A stretch of 33,359 bases of DNA from an uncultured Leptospira sp. (lineage in GTDB: Bacteria; Spirochaetota; Leptospiria; Leptospirales; Leptospiraceae). Positions within the stretch are counted from its first letter, which is position 1. Each line of letters opens with the position of its first letter. The stretch spans positions 1 through 33,359 of the forward strand of contig CAYPHK010000004.1 of assembly GCA_964410115.1 (NCBI GenBank). Reading direction: 5' to 3'. Position numbers and translations under genes: made by a program. The notes beneath the pieces were generated by a model. The model saw nothing but the letters and a program-made list of their open reading frames with translations. It had not been told where the DNA came from and searched no databases. Positions 11,592 through 20,225 of the stretch are shown piece by piece.

Positions 11592-13585
11592 TCTATAGAG
11601 CTAATAATATAAGTAGTTCTTTTGTTTTTATTTCTATTTTCTTCATTAATATTAGGCAATATTGGTTTTGCTGATCCAATTCCTTTCCCTTTGATTCTTG
11701 AAGAATTGATATTTTTTGATATTAAATAATTTATTATCTTAGTAACACGTCTGTTACTTAAATCTGTGTTAAAACTTTCCGGTTTCGAAGAAGAGTAATG
11801 ATTAAATAAGTCAATTTTTAATTCTGAATTATCAATCAATAGTTGAGCCAATCTATCTAATTCTACAAAAGACTTGGGATTTAGAGTATCTTTATCTGCA
11901 TCAAATACAACAGAATTTAATGGATATTCCAGTCCTGAAGATATTGCAAATGGTATGGAAACTAATTTAAAATCAATTGATTTTTCAGAGGAAGCCTTAT
12001 CATTTTTATAATTAAATATAGCAGAGGTAATTATATAATTTTTCTTTTTAGTGAAAATTATATATTCTTTACCAGAAGGTAACGGTACGTAATACTCACC
12101 CGAAATAGGCTTGGAGGATAATTTTCCAACCTGGTCGGGGGCATCTACATCTACCCATTCTATCTCTGATTGCATGGGTGAATCAAATTCATCAAAAACA
12201 ATACCTTTTACTATATTTACAATTCCTTCGGGTTTAACTCTCTTTGGGAGTGGAGTTAACATTAAAATTCTATTTTGATTAGAAGTGGGAGAATCATAAG
12301 ATAAAAAGCCTTTATCGGCTAATGCTGTTATTTGAAATCCAATATCAGAATAGGGAGTATTTACGAATTTACCAATATGAATGGGATCTGACCAATTTGT
12401 CCATGTATCATCTAATCTAATTGATTTATAAATCTCATAATCACCAAATCCACCATGACCATTTGTACTGAAGTAAAGAGTTTTTCCATCAGAATGTAAA
12501 AAAGGTGTTCTTTCTGCTCCCGGTGTATTAATAATAGATCCTAAATTTATTGGATCTCCATATGAACCTGATTCCTGTCTAAATGAAATAAAAATATCTG
12601 TATTACCTTCAAAAGAACCAGCATAGTAATCTCCTTTTTTGTGATACTCATAAATACTATCAGGTCTATCACTAACATAAAGTATTGCTCTTCCATCAGG
12701 AGTTTTAAAACCATCTCCATCAAAATGTTCCGTATTGATTGGTTGTCTATAATGTCTTACATTAGTCCATCCCTTATCTGTTAGGAAAGAGGCAAATATA
12801 TCACCATTACCGTAAGAGGAAGAGTAATTTCCAGAAATAATTAACTCAGTTCCATCCACTGAAATAGAAGAAGCAGATTCATTTGCTGGAGTATTAATCA
12901 ATGTGAGAGCTTTTCGTGAAGACCAATTACTATCTTCGAGGATAACCTCATAAATATCCTGTCCGCCCTTACCATCTGGAAAACCTACTCCTGTAAAAAA
13001 TAATTTTTTTCCTGAAGGCTCAATTACTGGACTATAAGAACTTGCGAAATTTACTTCTTTTCCTAAATCTGTTACAAAGACAGATCCTTCGGGTTCATTT
13101 AGTATTTTGATAACTTCTTTGATTTCCTTTTCTTTAGAAGGAAAATATTTTTCATATTTTTCCCAAATTTTAGAGGCTTCTGTAAAACGGCGATTGAGAA
13201 TTTCAATAGTTGCTAATTTCTGAACTAATAAATAATTTTTATAACTGGGAGAAAAATTCTGTTCTTGAGCTTTTAAGATTTTTTCGATTGTCTCCACATT
13301 CAATTCTAATTCATTTAATTCATTAAATTCATTTAAACTTAGCTCATTTCTCCAAACAAATTCCTTATTCCTTTTTTCTATTAATTTGGATAATCTCAAA
13401 GACAGAGTCAATTCACCCTGTGTTTCGGTTGGTTTCTGATTTTTTTCTATCGTATTGGGTTTTTCTGGAGCACAAAACAGAATTGATATTGTAAAAATAA
13501 ATATAAAGATTTTTTGGAACATGTAAAATACTTGCCTATTACTATAAATAAAATTATTATTTTTAAAATTGGCAAGCATTCTCAT
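11588..13585 (-). CDS. OmpA-family protein with TPR-like and PD40/TolB-like beta-propeller repeats (probable lipoprotein)
   Basis: C-terminal OmpA-like domain (VVFDADKDTLNPKSFVELDRLAQLL...SNRRVTKIINYLISKNINSSRIKGKGIGSAKPI). Central repeats of the PD40 type (SGKKLFFTG, DGTELIISG, DGRAILYVSDR, DGKTLYFSTNG). The true start may be ATG 13522 (MFQKIFIFIFTISILFC), which gives a lipoprotein-like signal. Confidence 0.85.
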   Translation of the reverse strand: MRMLANFKNNNFIYSNRQVFYMFQKIFIFIFTISILFCAPEKPNTIEKNQKPTETQGELTLSLRLSKLIEKRNKEFVWRNELSLNEFNELNELELNVETIEKILKAQEQNFSPSYKNYLLVQKLATIEILNRRFTEASKIWEKYEKYFPSKEKEIKEVIKILNEPEGSVFVTDLGKEVNFASSYSPVIEPSGKKLFFTGVGFPDGKGGQDIYEVILEDSNWSSRKALTLINTPANESASSISVDGTELIISGNYSSSYGNGDIFASFLTDKGWTNVRHYRQPINTEHFDGDGFKTPDGRAILYVSDRPDSIYEYHKKGDYYAGSFEGNTDIFISFRQESGSYGDPINLGSIINTPGAERTPFLHSDGKTLYFSTNGHGGFGDYEIYKSIRLDDTWTNWSDPIHIGKFVNTPYSDIGFQITALADKGFLSYDSPTSNQNRILMLTPLPKRVKPEGIVNIVKGIVFDEFDSPMQSEIEWVDVDAPDQVGKLSSKPISGEYYVPLPSGKEYIIFTKKKNYIITSAIFNYKNDKASSEKSIDFKLVSIPFAISSGLEYPLNSVVFDADKDTLNPKSFVELDRLAQLLIDNSELKIDLFNHYSSSKPESFNTDLSNRRVTKIINYLISKNINSSRIKGKGIGSAKPILPNINEENRNKNKRTTYIISSID

Positions 13586-13590
13586 TTTCT

Positions 13591-14604
13591 TTATTTAGTT
13601 AAATCTTGAATTTTAGAACTCATATAAAAATTACTGAGCCTTTCTTTTACTCTTGTTTTATAGTATTCCCGAAGGTCTTGATGATCTAAATAAATAGACA
13701 TCCCCTCAGAAAGAAGATCAGAAATCTCGCTTTCAGAAACTCCCACTTCCTCCAAAATTGAACCGATTGACCTTTCTCCAAAATATGAATAAAACTCGTT
13801 CAAGTTATGAAAAGCTACTTTTTCGACAAAACCCTTGGACTTTAAATATTCCCAAGCAGAGGGAGTCCTTTCCAAAAAGCTAATTACCTCTTTTTCGGGA
13901 AGAAGATTTTTAATTTCCGATAGAGGGATTGTTCCTAAAAAATTCCAAATTTCGTTGAATAATTCTTCTGTATTTTTACCGGTTTCCAATTCTTCCCGAA
14001 TGAGTTTTTCACTCTGTTGAATTCTTCCGCTGAGATTATTTCTCAAAAAATCGGTGATAGTAGCATCAAAATTACCTTGCATGCCGGGTAAATTATTAAG
14101 AAAATCGGCACCCATTTTCATAAAAGAAGATGCCACTGGATTATTTTTCGTAATTGGATTTTCTGCTAAGAAATCTTTGATAGCGGCATAAATGATGGAA
14201 GACATCATGCGGGAATAAGCGGAAGAATTTACAACAAATCGTATAATCTTTTCCCGTAGATTTTTTAATCCCACGGTATTATTTGCAGAACGAAGGAACT
14301 CTTCTCTATCAAGAAGTTCAGTAAGCTTAGTATTATTTTTATCTAAAAAATTATATCCTGCATTTATGGACTTCTTTAATAGTTGGAGAGTTTTTTCGTT
14401 CAAAGAGGTACGACTAATAATTTCTCGAAGCCCACTCTCTGCTTTTTCCTTAGGAAAGAGAAAAGAAAAATTTTTATCCTTTGCCCAATCCAAATAGGCA
14501 ATAATTTCTTTCCTTATTGTCTCTTTTAAATTTTCTGAGCTTACCAGACTCATTTCATAGTCTATGTGTAACTCTAGTAACTTTTCGTTTAATTTCTCAG
14601 CCAA
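13591..14604 (-). CDS. hypothetical all-helical protein (337 aa)
   Basis: Long clean ORF in an operon position between the photolyase and OmpA genes. TTG start at 14604 overlaps the photolyase stop; an alternative ATG is at 14553. No domain recognised. Confidence 0.6.
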   Translation of the reverse strand: MAEKLNEKLLELHIDYEMSLVSSENLKETIRKEIIAYLDWAKDKNFSFLFPKEKAESGLREIISRTSLNEKTLQLLKKSINAGYNFLDKNNTKLTELLDREEFLRSANNTVGLKNLREKIIRFVVNSSAYSRMMSSIIYAAIKDFLAENPITKNNPVASSFMKMGADFLNNLPGMQGNFDATITDFLRNNLSGRIQQSEKLIREELETGKNTEELFNEIWNFLGTIPLSEIKNLLPEKEVISFLERTPSAWEYLKSKGFVEKVAFHNLNEFYSYFGERSIGSILEEVGVSESEISDLLSEGMSIYLDHQDLREYYKTRVKERLSNFYMSSKIQDLTK

Positions 14605-16102
14605 ACAGTGTCTCCTTGTTTCCCTCTAGGGATGATATGTATTGCAAATAATCATTCATTTTAAATTTTTTCATTGTGGAATCCGAAGACATAAATCGTA
14701 AGTTACCAAACACAGGTCTCTCAGGAAACCATGGTCTATCAAATAAACCAAAACACCATAAAATACCCGAATATGAATTAGGATTTCTTCCATCATAAGC
14801 ATACTTATTATTGAAATCTTCTAGAATAGAAAATGCCTCTTCATAACTCGAAGTCCATTCTATAACTTTTTTGCCCCAGAGCATTCTCATATAATTATGC
14901 ATTTTACCTGTGATCATCAGCTCTTTTTGTGCAGAATTCCATAGTTTATCATGTGTACTACATTTTTCAAGTTGATCTTTTGTGTATAAATAAGCTCGTT
15001 TATCGTTACTATGTTTTTTTAAATTATTCTTAATCCAATCTGGAAGAATTGACAAGTCTTTATTGAAACTTCTATTTTTATAAAATAATAAGAATCCAAT
15101 ATCTCTCCATGTTAATAGTTCATCTAAAAATGAATTAATATAGTCGTCTTTATGAAAGAATAATTCTCTTTTTCCTTTTTGAGTAAAATTTAGTAAATCA
15201 GGAGCCCATTTAGACTTTATATTAACATTCAAAACTTCCTCTATAATTTCATCTATAGAGATATATCCAAAATGAATATAGGGAGATAAAGAACTTGTAG
15301 CACATTTATCAGGAGGCGAAGGATTTGACCTGTCCAAAGAATAGCGAGTTAATTTATTATTAATAAAATTTTTTAGCACTTTCAATGCTTCCTTTCGTCC
15401 TCCAATTACATTTTCTACCGGTTTAATACTTAATTTAAATGGAATATTCTTTAATATCTTCGGTATATCTTCAAATTGACAGGAAAAAGGCTCAAAAGGA
15501 GGTTTTTTATCGTAGCTTAGAATATTCTTTAGTTTGGGACTAGCTTGAGATCTATTGATGTAAGCCTCAGAGAATTGAGCGTGAATCCTTGTTCGGAGAA
15601 CCCTAGCGGCAGAAGCGACTTCACCATATTTTGCAATAGGGGCAAAACAATTTCCATCCACCGCAATTACTTTATGGTTACTTCTTTCAGAAACTTTCTG
15701 GATATGATTCGGAATAATAAAACAGGGAAAATCATCAGTAATGATTACATAAGCGGATTCACTCATTTTAAAGAGTAAATCTTTATCTTTATTTTCAGGA
15801 GTTTCAACAAAAGGCCAATATGTAATACCTAATTTTTTAGCGGAAATAAAATTGTCACAAAACCCTTCTAAAATAAATTTATGAAGTCTTTCCGATGCCC
15901 AGGGATAATTCATTCTTATACCTTCATAGACAACCAAAGGTAAATTAGTCTCGGTAGCAATTTGAATCGAATAATCTAATGCATGATTATAATTAAGTCT
16001 CCGATATGATTGCATCCAATAGAGAATATACTTCCCACTTTTATTGTACTCTTTGGAATTAGTATCCCTAATTCTAGATTGATTGTATTCAGAAAATTTC
16101 AA
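14597..16102 (-). CDS. phr: deoxyribodipyrimidine (CPD) photolyase, class II
   Basis: YILYWMQSYRRLNYNHAL, LSPYIHFGYIS, GKMHNYMRMLWGKKVIEW and NPNSYSGILWCFGLFDRPW are class II photolyase hallmarks. TTG start. Confidence 0.9.
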   Translation of the reverse strand: MKFSEYNQSRIRDTNSKEYNKSGKYILYWMQSYRRLNYNHALDYSIQIATETNLPLVVYEGIRMNYPWASERLHKFILEGFCDNFISAKKLGITYWPFVETPENKDKDLLFKMSESAYVIITDDFPCFIIPNHIQKVSERSNHKVIAVDGNCFAPIAKYGEVASAARVLRTRIHAQFSEAYINRSQASPKLKNILSYDKKPPFEPFSCQFEDIPKILKNIPFKLSIKPVENVIGGRKEALKVLKNFINNKLTRYSLDRSNPSPPDKCATSSLSPYIHFGYISIDEIIEEVLNVNIKSKWAPDLLNFTQKGKRELFFHKDDYINSFLDELLTWRDIGFLLFYKNRSFNKDLSILPDWIKNNLKKHSNDKRAYLYTKDQLEKCSTHDKLWNSAQKELMITGKMHNYMRMLWGKKVIEWTSSYEEAFSILEDFNNKYAYDGRNPNSYSGILWCFGLFDRPWFPERPVFGNLRFMSSDSTMKKFKMNDYLQYISSLEGNKETLFG

Positions 16103-16863
16103 TTTTTTACCTGACTTGATAAATTTAGATTCAATAAATTAAGTACTACAAACATTGTGAAGGTTACTGGATTAGTATCATTTTCCCTCAACATTTCAAA
16201 GTATCTCCTACCCTCTTTTCCAATTATACTCACGTCACTTACAGTTTCATTCAAATTGTCGTAAGCAGTATTGGAATTAATGAATTGTGCTAGAGAACCT
16301 TTTCCAGATTTTATTTTATCAGAAATTTCTCTTATATTTTTTATTGTACTACGAATATCAGACTTATTTTCAGTGAGTAACATGTTAGCTCCAGTGAAAA
16401 ATTCATCATAATATTTTGAGGAAGGAAAACTTTCTACATCTTCCTCATCATCTGTATAAGTAGGTCGGAAAAAAGAGCTGTCTTCTAACTTATAGTTACC
16501 GGGATCAATATCTATCATTCGACCTGAAAAAAGTGTCTTTGATTTGAATTTTATTTCATAATTATCCCACAATGTAATGGGAGATTTAAGTATTATATTC
16601 AATTCTATTGCCTTATCAGACTCTGTTATAAATCTCGGACTTTGAATTTGACTATAATTCACTTCTTTAATTTCCTTAACTAATCCATAGGGAATGCCCT
16701 TTACAGACACTTCTGTCCCTTCCCGTAATCCCTCTGCAGTTGGAAAATATAATTTCATTTTATAAGGATATACAACTTTTTCGTTTTGTCCCTGTATCAC
16801 GGAGTAATAAAAAAGGAATATTGTTGTTAAAAAGAAAATAATCCCTATAAAATAATTTTTCAT
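16099..16863 (-). CDS. MCE/MlaD-family protein (single N-terminal TM helix plus MCE domain)
   Basis: TM helix IGIIFFLTTIFLFYYSVI followed by YKMKLYFPTAEGLREGTEVSVKGIPYGLVKEIK, the canonical MCE-domain start. No MlaE/MlaF partner in the window. Confidence 0.7.
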   Translation of the reverse strand: MKNYFIGIIFFLTTIFLFYYSVIQGQNEKVVYPYKMKLYFPTAEGLREGTEVSVKGIPYGLVKEIKEVNYSQIQSPRFITESDKAIELNIILKSPITLWDNYEIKFKSKTLFSGRMIDIDPGNYKLEDSSFFRPTYTDDEEDVESFPSSKYYDEFFTGANMLLTENKSDIRSTIKNIREISDKIKSGKGSLAQFINSNTAYDNLNETVSDVSIIGKEGRRYFEMLRENDTNPVTFTMFVVLNLLNLNLSSQVKN

Positions 16864-17864
16864 TTTCTGAAATCCACCACTGCTCTGTATCTTACTTTGT
16901 TCTCTCTAACTTTAGTAATAGCAGTATTGATGTCCTCTTTTTTAAATACCTCGATCAAGGGTTTAATATCATGTTCGGAGGCTATCTGCAACATCTCTGT
17001 AATTGTAGATCTCCCACCGATTGGACTTGCCATGATTCTTTTCCGTTTTCCGAGAAGCAATCCCACATGAACATTCAGAGGAGTTGGGGGAACTCCCACA
17101 AAAACTAAGGTTCCATCAGAATCTAACTGGTTTAAATAGTATTTCCAATCTAAATCGTTGTGTGTTGTATTCAAAATAATATCTAATTTATTTTTAACCT
17201 TATCTTTAGACTTGGGATTTAGATAAACTTCGCTTGCTCCCAAATTTTTCGCAAAATCAGCTTTGTCCTGAGAAGTGGTAAATACAGTCACTTTTATACC
17301 TAATTTAGATGCAAATTGTATTGCTAAATGCCCAAGCCCCCCTACTCCAATTATTCCAACATGTCCCCCGGCTTTCATTCCAGCATACTTCAGTGCCGCA
17401 TAGACTGTTATTCCAGCACAAAGAAGGGGGGAAGCAAATTGAGATTCAAGATTTTCTGGAATTTTAAAGGCAAATCGACTATCCACTATTATGTTATCCG
17501 CAAACCCACCATGTCTTCCCACTATAGTACCCTGATTATGATCACAAAGGTTTTCATCTCCCCGGAGACAATCCCTGCATTCCAGACAGGCACCTGATTG
17601 CCAACCTACTCCAACTCTATCCCCTATTTTTAAATGACCAACCATTTTCCCAATTTCGACCACTTTTCCTACAATTTCATGCCCTCCCACTAAGGGATAC
17701 TTGGAGGATTTCCAATCGTTGTCGATCATGTGAATATCACTGTGACAGATTCCGCAAGTTTCAATTTCAATTCTACAATCCATGGGTAGTGAAAGATCAC
17801 CTTCGTATGTAAATGGACTCAAAATACTACCTTTTGTTTCTGCCGCGAATGAATTGATTATCAT
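16860..17864 (-). CDS. zinc-dependent NAD(P) alcohol dehydrogenase (cinnamyl-alcohol/YahK-like MDR family)
   Basis: CGICHSD, GHEIVGKVVEIG, structural-Zn cysteines CLECRDCLRGDENLC, and Rossmann GIIGVGGLGHLAIQFA. Confidence 0.9.
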   Translation of the reverse strand: MIINSFAAETKGSILSPFTYEGDLSLPMDCRIEIETCGICHSDIHMIDNDWKSSKYPLVGGHEIVGKVVEIGKMVGHLKIGDRVGVGWQSGACLECRDCLRGDENLCDHNQGTIVGRHGGFADNIIVDSRFAFKIPENLESQFASPLLCAGITVYAALKYAGMKAGGHVGIIGVGGLGHLAIQFASKLGIKVTVFTTSQDKADFAKNLGASEVYLNPKSKDKVKNKLDIILNTTHNDLDWKYYLNQLDSDGTLVFVGVPPTPLNVHVGLLLGKRKRIMASPIGGRSTITEMLQIASEHDIKPLIEVFKKEDINTAITKVRENKVRYRAVVDFRK

Positions 17865-17991
17865 TTCCCCTCGATCTTACCTGTTTTTCATATAGAATTT
17901 CAGATTTAAAGAGATTAGTCATCCTTATTTCTATTTTATTTGGGAAAAGAATTGATTAAGCATAGAATTCTCTCGAATTTATAGATAAGTA

Positions 17992-18917
17992 ATGTATAAA
18001 AATATGAGGCTCCCCATTCGATTCTTGTTTTTTCTAACCCTATTCTCTCTATCTCAATGTTCTTTTTTTCGAGAAGAAACAGCAACAATTGAGGAAGTAG
18101 AAAAAGAAAAGGTAGAAGAATCCGATGTTCGGTGGGTTGATATTTTAGACGGCTCAGAGCTATTTCAATCACCCTCTGAAGAATCGCCGATTCTAGTAAA
18201 AATTGGGTTTCGCTCAAAATTAAAAATCATACCAAATAAAGAAAAAGTAGAAGGTTGGGAATATGTTGGATAAACCTAGAAGATATTTCTCTTGAACCTC
18301 CCGGTTCCTCTGGAGGATTTGTTCCAGAATATTTAGAGGATATCTGTGAGGGAATACAAAACTCATTAGAATGCTATAAAGCTGTAGAAACAAAGGTACT
18401 ACAGGATGGAGTTCCCGTAGTAAGAGATGGTAATACACTTATTATTACAATTTCAAAAGATAAAAAGATTGAATTTAAGGATAAACCCACTCAGGGAGAA
18501 AATTCCGAGTACTACAATTACATAGACTTCCAAAGTGAATCACAAATACATTTAGTTCAATACTCAGGTTATGAGGGTGGACAATTGATAGGAGTACACT
18601 CTCCTACAGGGCAAAAAATTAAACTTTTAGATTATCCTGAAGTATCACCCGATGGCACAAAAATCACTTCTGCATTCTTTTGCCCGGATTCAAACTATTG
18701 TGAAAATGGTCTTCAAATCTACAGTATTTCGAATTCAGGTATTAAAGAAGAATTTAGTCTGAAATCCTCTAAATGGACCGGATCCGATCCAATTTGGATA
18801 GATGAGAAACATATCAGTCTATTTTTTTATGAAAATGGTTATATGGAAGAACCAACAGGAAAAGGTACTTTAAAATATAAAAATGGTAAATGGATATTAA
18901 CTAAAAATAGTATCTAA
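17992..18917 (+). pseudogene. SH3b-domain lipoprotein gene split by a 1-nt frameshift (ORFs 17992-18273 and 18255-18917)
   Basis: The first ORF has a lipoprotein signal (FFLTLFSLSQC) and most of an SH3b domain ending ...KVEGWEYVG*. The second frame is open from 18240 and continues WINLEDISLEPP..., which is what the last SH3b strand should look like. The second ORF has only a TTG start and no signal peptide. Confidence 0.5.
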
Positions 18918-18954
18918 ATTATAATATTATCATAGAATTGAATATTTTTAGAAA

Positions 18955-18974
18955 GTAGAAATACTCATTTCTAC
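18955..18974. repeat. perfect 8-bp inverted repeat GTAGAAAT-ACTC-ATTTCTAC
   Basis: Read directly from the sequence. It lies 38 nt after the stop of the lipoprotein ORF and upstream of the ParA-like operon. There is no downstream T-tract, so it could be a weak terminator or a protein-binding site. Confidence 0.4.
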
Positions 18975-19002
18975 CTTGACCCACAGCCCTATGTAAAAAA
19001 AA

Positions 19003-19032
19003 TTGACTTATACGAGAATGTTCATTCATAAA
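19003..19032 (+). promoter_or_regulatory. putative sigma70-type promoter TTGACT-N18-CATAAA with embedded palindrome GAATG-TT-CATTC (19016-19027)
   Basis: Hexamers read directly, 45 nt upstream of ATG 19077. Weak evidence in an AT-rich genome. Confidence 0.3.
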
Positions 19033-19076
19033 TTAATTTATTTGAACACATTTTATTTAATTAACGGGATAGGGTT

Positions 19077-19790
19077 ATGATTGTAAGTTTTGTTCAAACA
19101 AAAGGTGGCACAGGAAAAAGTACTCTTTCAATGAATTCTGCTTTTTCCAGAAATGTATCTACCCGTTTTTCTTCCATAGCACTTGTTGAATTAGATCCTC
19201 AAGGTACATTACAAAGCTGGTGGAAATCCAGAGTAGATGAAAATAGACATTCAGGTAATGTGTCATTCCACCATATATCCAGTACACAAAAAGAAGTAAT
19301 ACAAGATGGTATTACGTCTATAGCTGGTCACAATGAATTACTTATACTAGATATTCCCGGTGAGAGTACAAGTAGGCTTCATACTAAATTTGCCTGTGCA
19401 TTTTCGGACAGAGTAATTGTTCCCATGAGAACCTCAACAAATGATGAGTCTGCCTTTAAGGATAATCTACTTCCAGTAATAAAAGAAATTATAAAAGTAA
19501 CCCCCGAAAAAAAAAGAACCTTTCAAATCTTACCCTCTTTTACAAATGCTCAATCAAACAAAGATAAAGTTATAGAATACTTTCAGGATGTTCTCCCGGA
19601 CTATGTTGAATGTCTGCCGGTAGTTTATCCTTCCCGATCAATCTATGAGAATTTTAATAGAGATGGGATGAATTTAATCGAATACACGGAATCATTAAAG
19701 AAAAATAAGCGAGCACACCAACAGGCGCTTAAAGCAGTGGAGGATATTGAAGAAATCGCCGCGGCTATCTTTAATTTCACGGAGAAGTAA
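19077..19790 (+). CDS. ParA/MinD-family P-loop ATPase (small, orphan ParA-like)
   Basis: Deviant Walker A with signature lysine VQTKGGTGKST, Walker A-prime LVELDPQG and Walker B LLILDIPG. The 237-aa size resembles small type Ib ParA or cargo-positioning ATPases. Confidence 0.85.
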   Translation: MIVSFVQTKGGTGKSTLSMNSAFSRNVSTRFSSIALVELDPQGTLQSWWKSRVDENRHSGNVSFHHISSTQKEVIQDGITSIAGHNELLILDIPGESTSRLHTKFACAFSDRVIVPMRTSTNDESAFKDNLLPVIKEIIKVTPEKKRTFQILPSFTNAQSNKDKVIEYFQDVLPDYVECLPVVYPSRSIYENFNRDGMNLIEYTESLKKNKRAHQQALKAVEDIEEIAAAIFNFTEK

Positions 19791-19791
19791 A

Positions 19792-20214
19792 ATGCCAGTA
19801 CCAAAAAAACGCAAAAAAATGGAAGAGTCCGAAGAGGTTTCTAGTCTAGAAGAATCAAAGCCTATTATAGTAGAGGAACCAAAACCAACTCCCAAAAAAT
19901 TTGCAAAAACAGCAAGGCCTAAGGCTGAAAAGGTAGAAAGAGCTTTTGAAGTAATTGATCAAATTGACAAGAACTCACCTACCACTTTGGAAATCCATAA
20001 GTCACCCCGCCAGGATGAACAGGGGATTCATATCCAGTTTAAATTGGATTTGGTTCGTATAGAAGACTTATTGGATCTTGGAAAAAAAGAAGATAAAAAA
20101 GAAAATAGTATAGTAATTGACTTTACTTTACCCTATTTTTGGAATCTGCCGATACTAAATGAGATAACAAAGACTGTAGTTCGTGAATTAAAAAACATGA
20201 AAATCATTCAGTAA
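19792..20214 (+). CDS. hypothetical 140-aa protein, candidate ParA partner/adaptor (Lys/Glu/Pro-rich N-terminus)
   Basis: ATG 19792 is preceded by GGAG (19781-19784), 1 nt after the ParA-like stop. The ORF-track extension back to 19747 overlaps the ParA-like gene and is unlikely. N-terminus is MPVPKKRKKMEESEEVSSLEESKPIIVEEPKPTPKKFAKTARPKAEK. No HTH or RHH motif recognised. Confidence 0.6.
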   Translation: MPVPKKRKKMEESEEVSSLEESKPIIVEEPKPTPKKFAKTARPKAEKVERAFEVIDQIDKNSPTTLEIHKSPRQDEQGIHIQFKLDLVRIEDLLDLGKKEDKKENSIVIDFTLPYFWNLPILNEITKTVVRELKNMKIIQ

Positions 20215-20225
20215 AAAGGCCTAGA

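Noticed and set aside
13303-13340. Near-tandem TTCATTTAA/TTCATTAAA units
   Set aside because: They lie inside the OmpA/PD40 gene and simply encode the NEFNELNELELN helical segment. This is a short low-complexity coding repeat, not a regulatory or CRISPR-like array.
17936-18438. Two minus-strand ORFs (17936-18217 and 18220-18438) opposite the split lipoprotein gene
   Set aside because: The + strand frames carry a lipobox signal and SH3b-like sequence. The minus-strand translations are Leu/Phe-rich artefacts of AT-rich antisense sequence.
17955-18940. 9-mer CATAGAATT on both sides of the split lipoprotein gene (about 17963 and 18931) as possible insertion-site direct repeats
   Set aside because: A single shared AT-rich 9-mer is expected by chance in 33 kb of this composition. 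There are no terminal inverted repeats and no mobility gene.
19747-19791. Upstream extension of the ParA-partner ORF overlapping the ParA-like gene
   Set aside because: ATG 19792 has a GGAG Shine-Dalgarno at the right distance and starts 1 nt after the ParA-like stop. The extension would need a 44-nt out-of-frame overlap.
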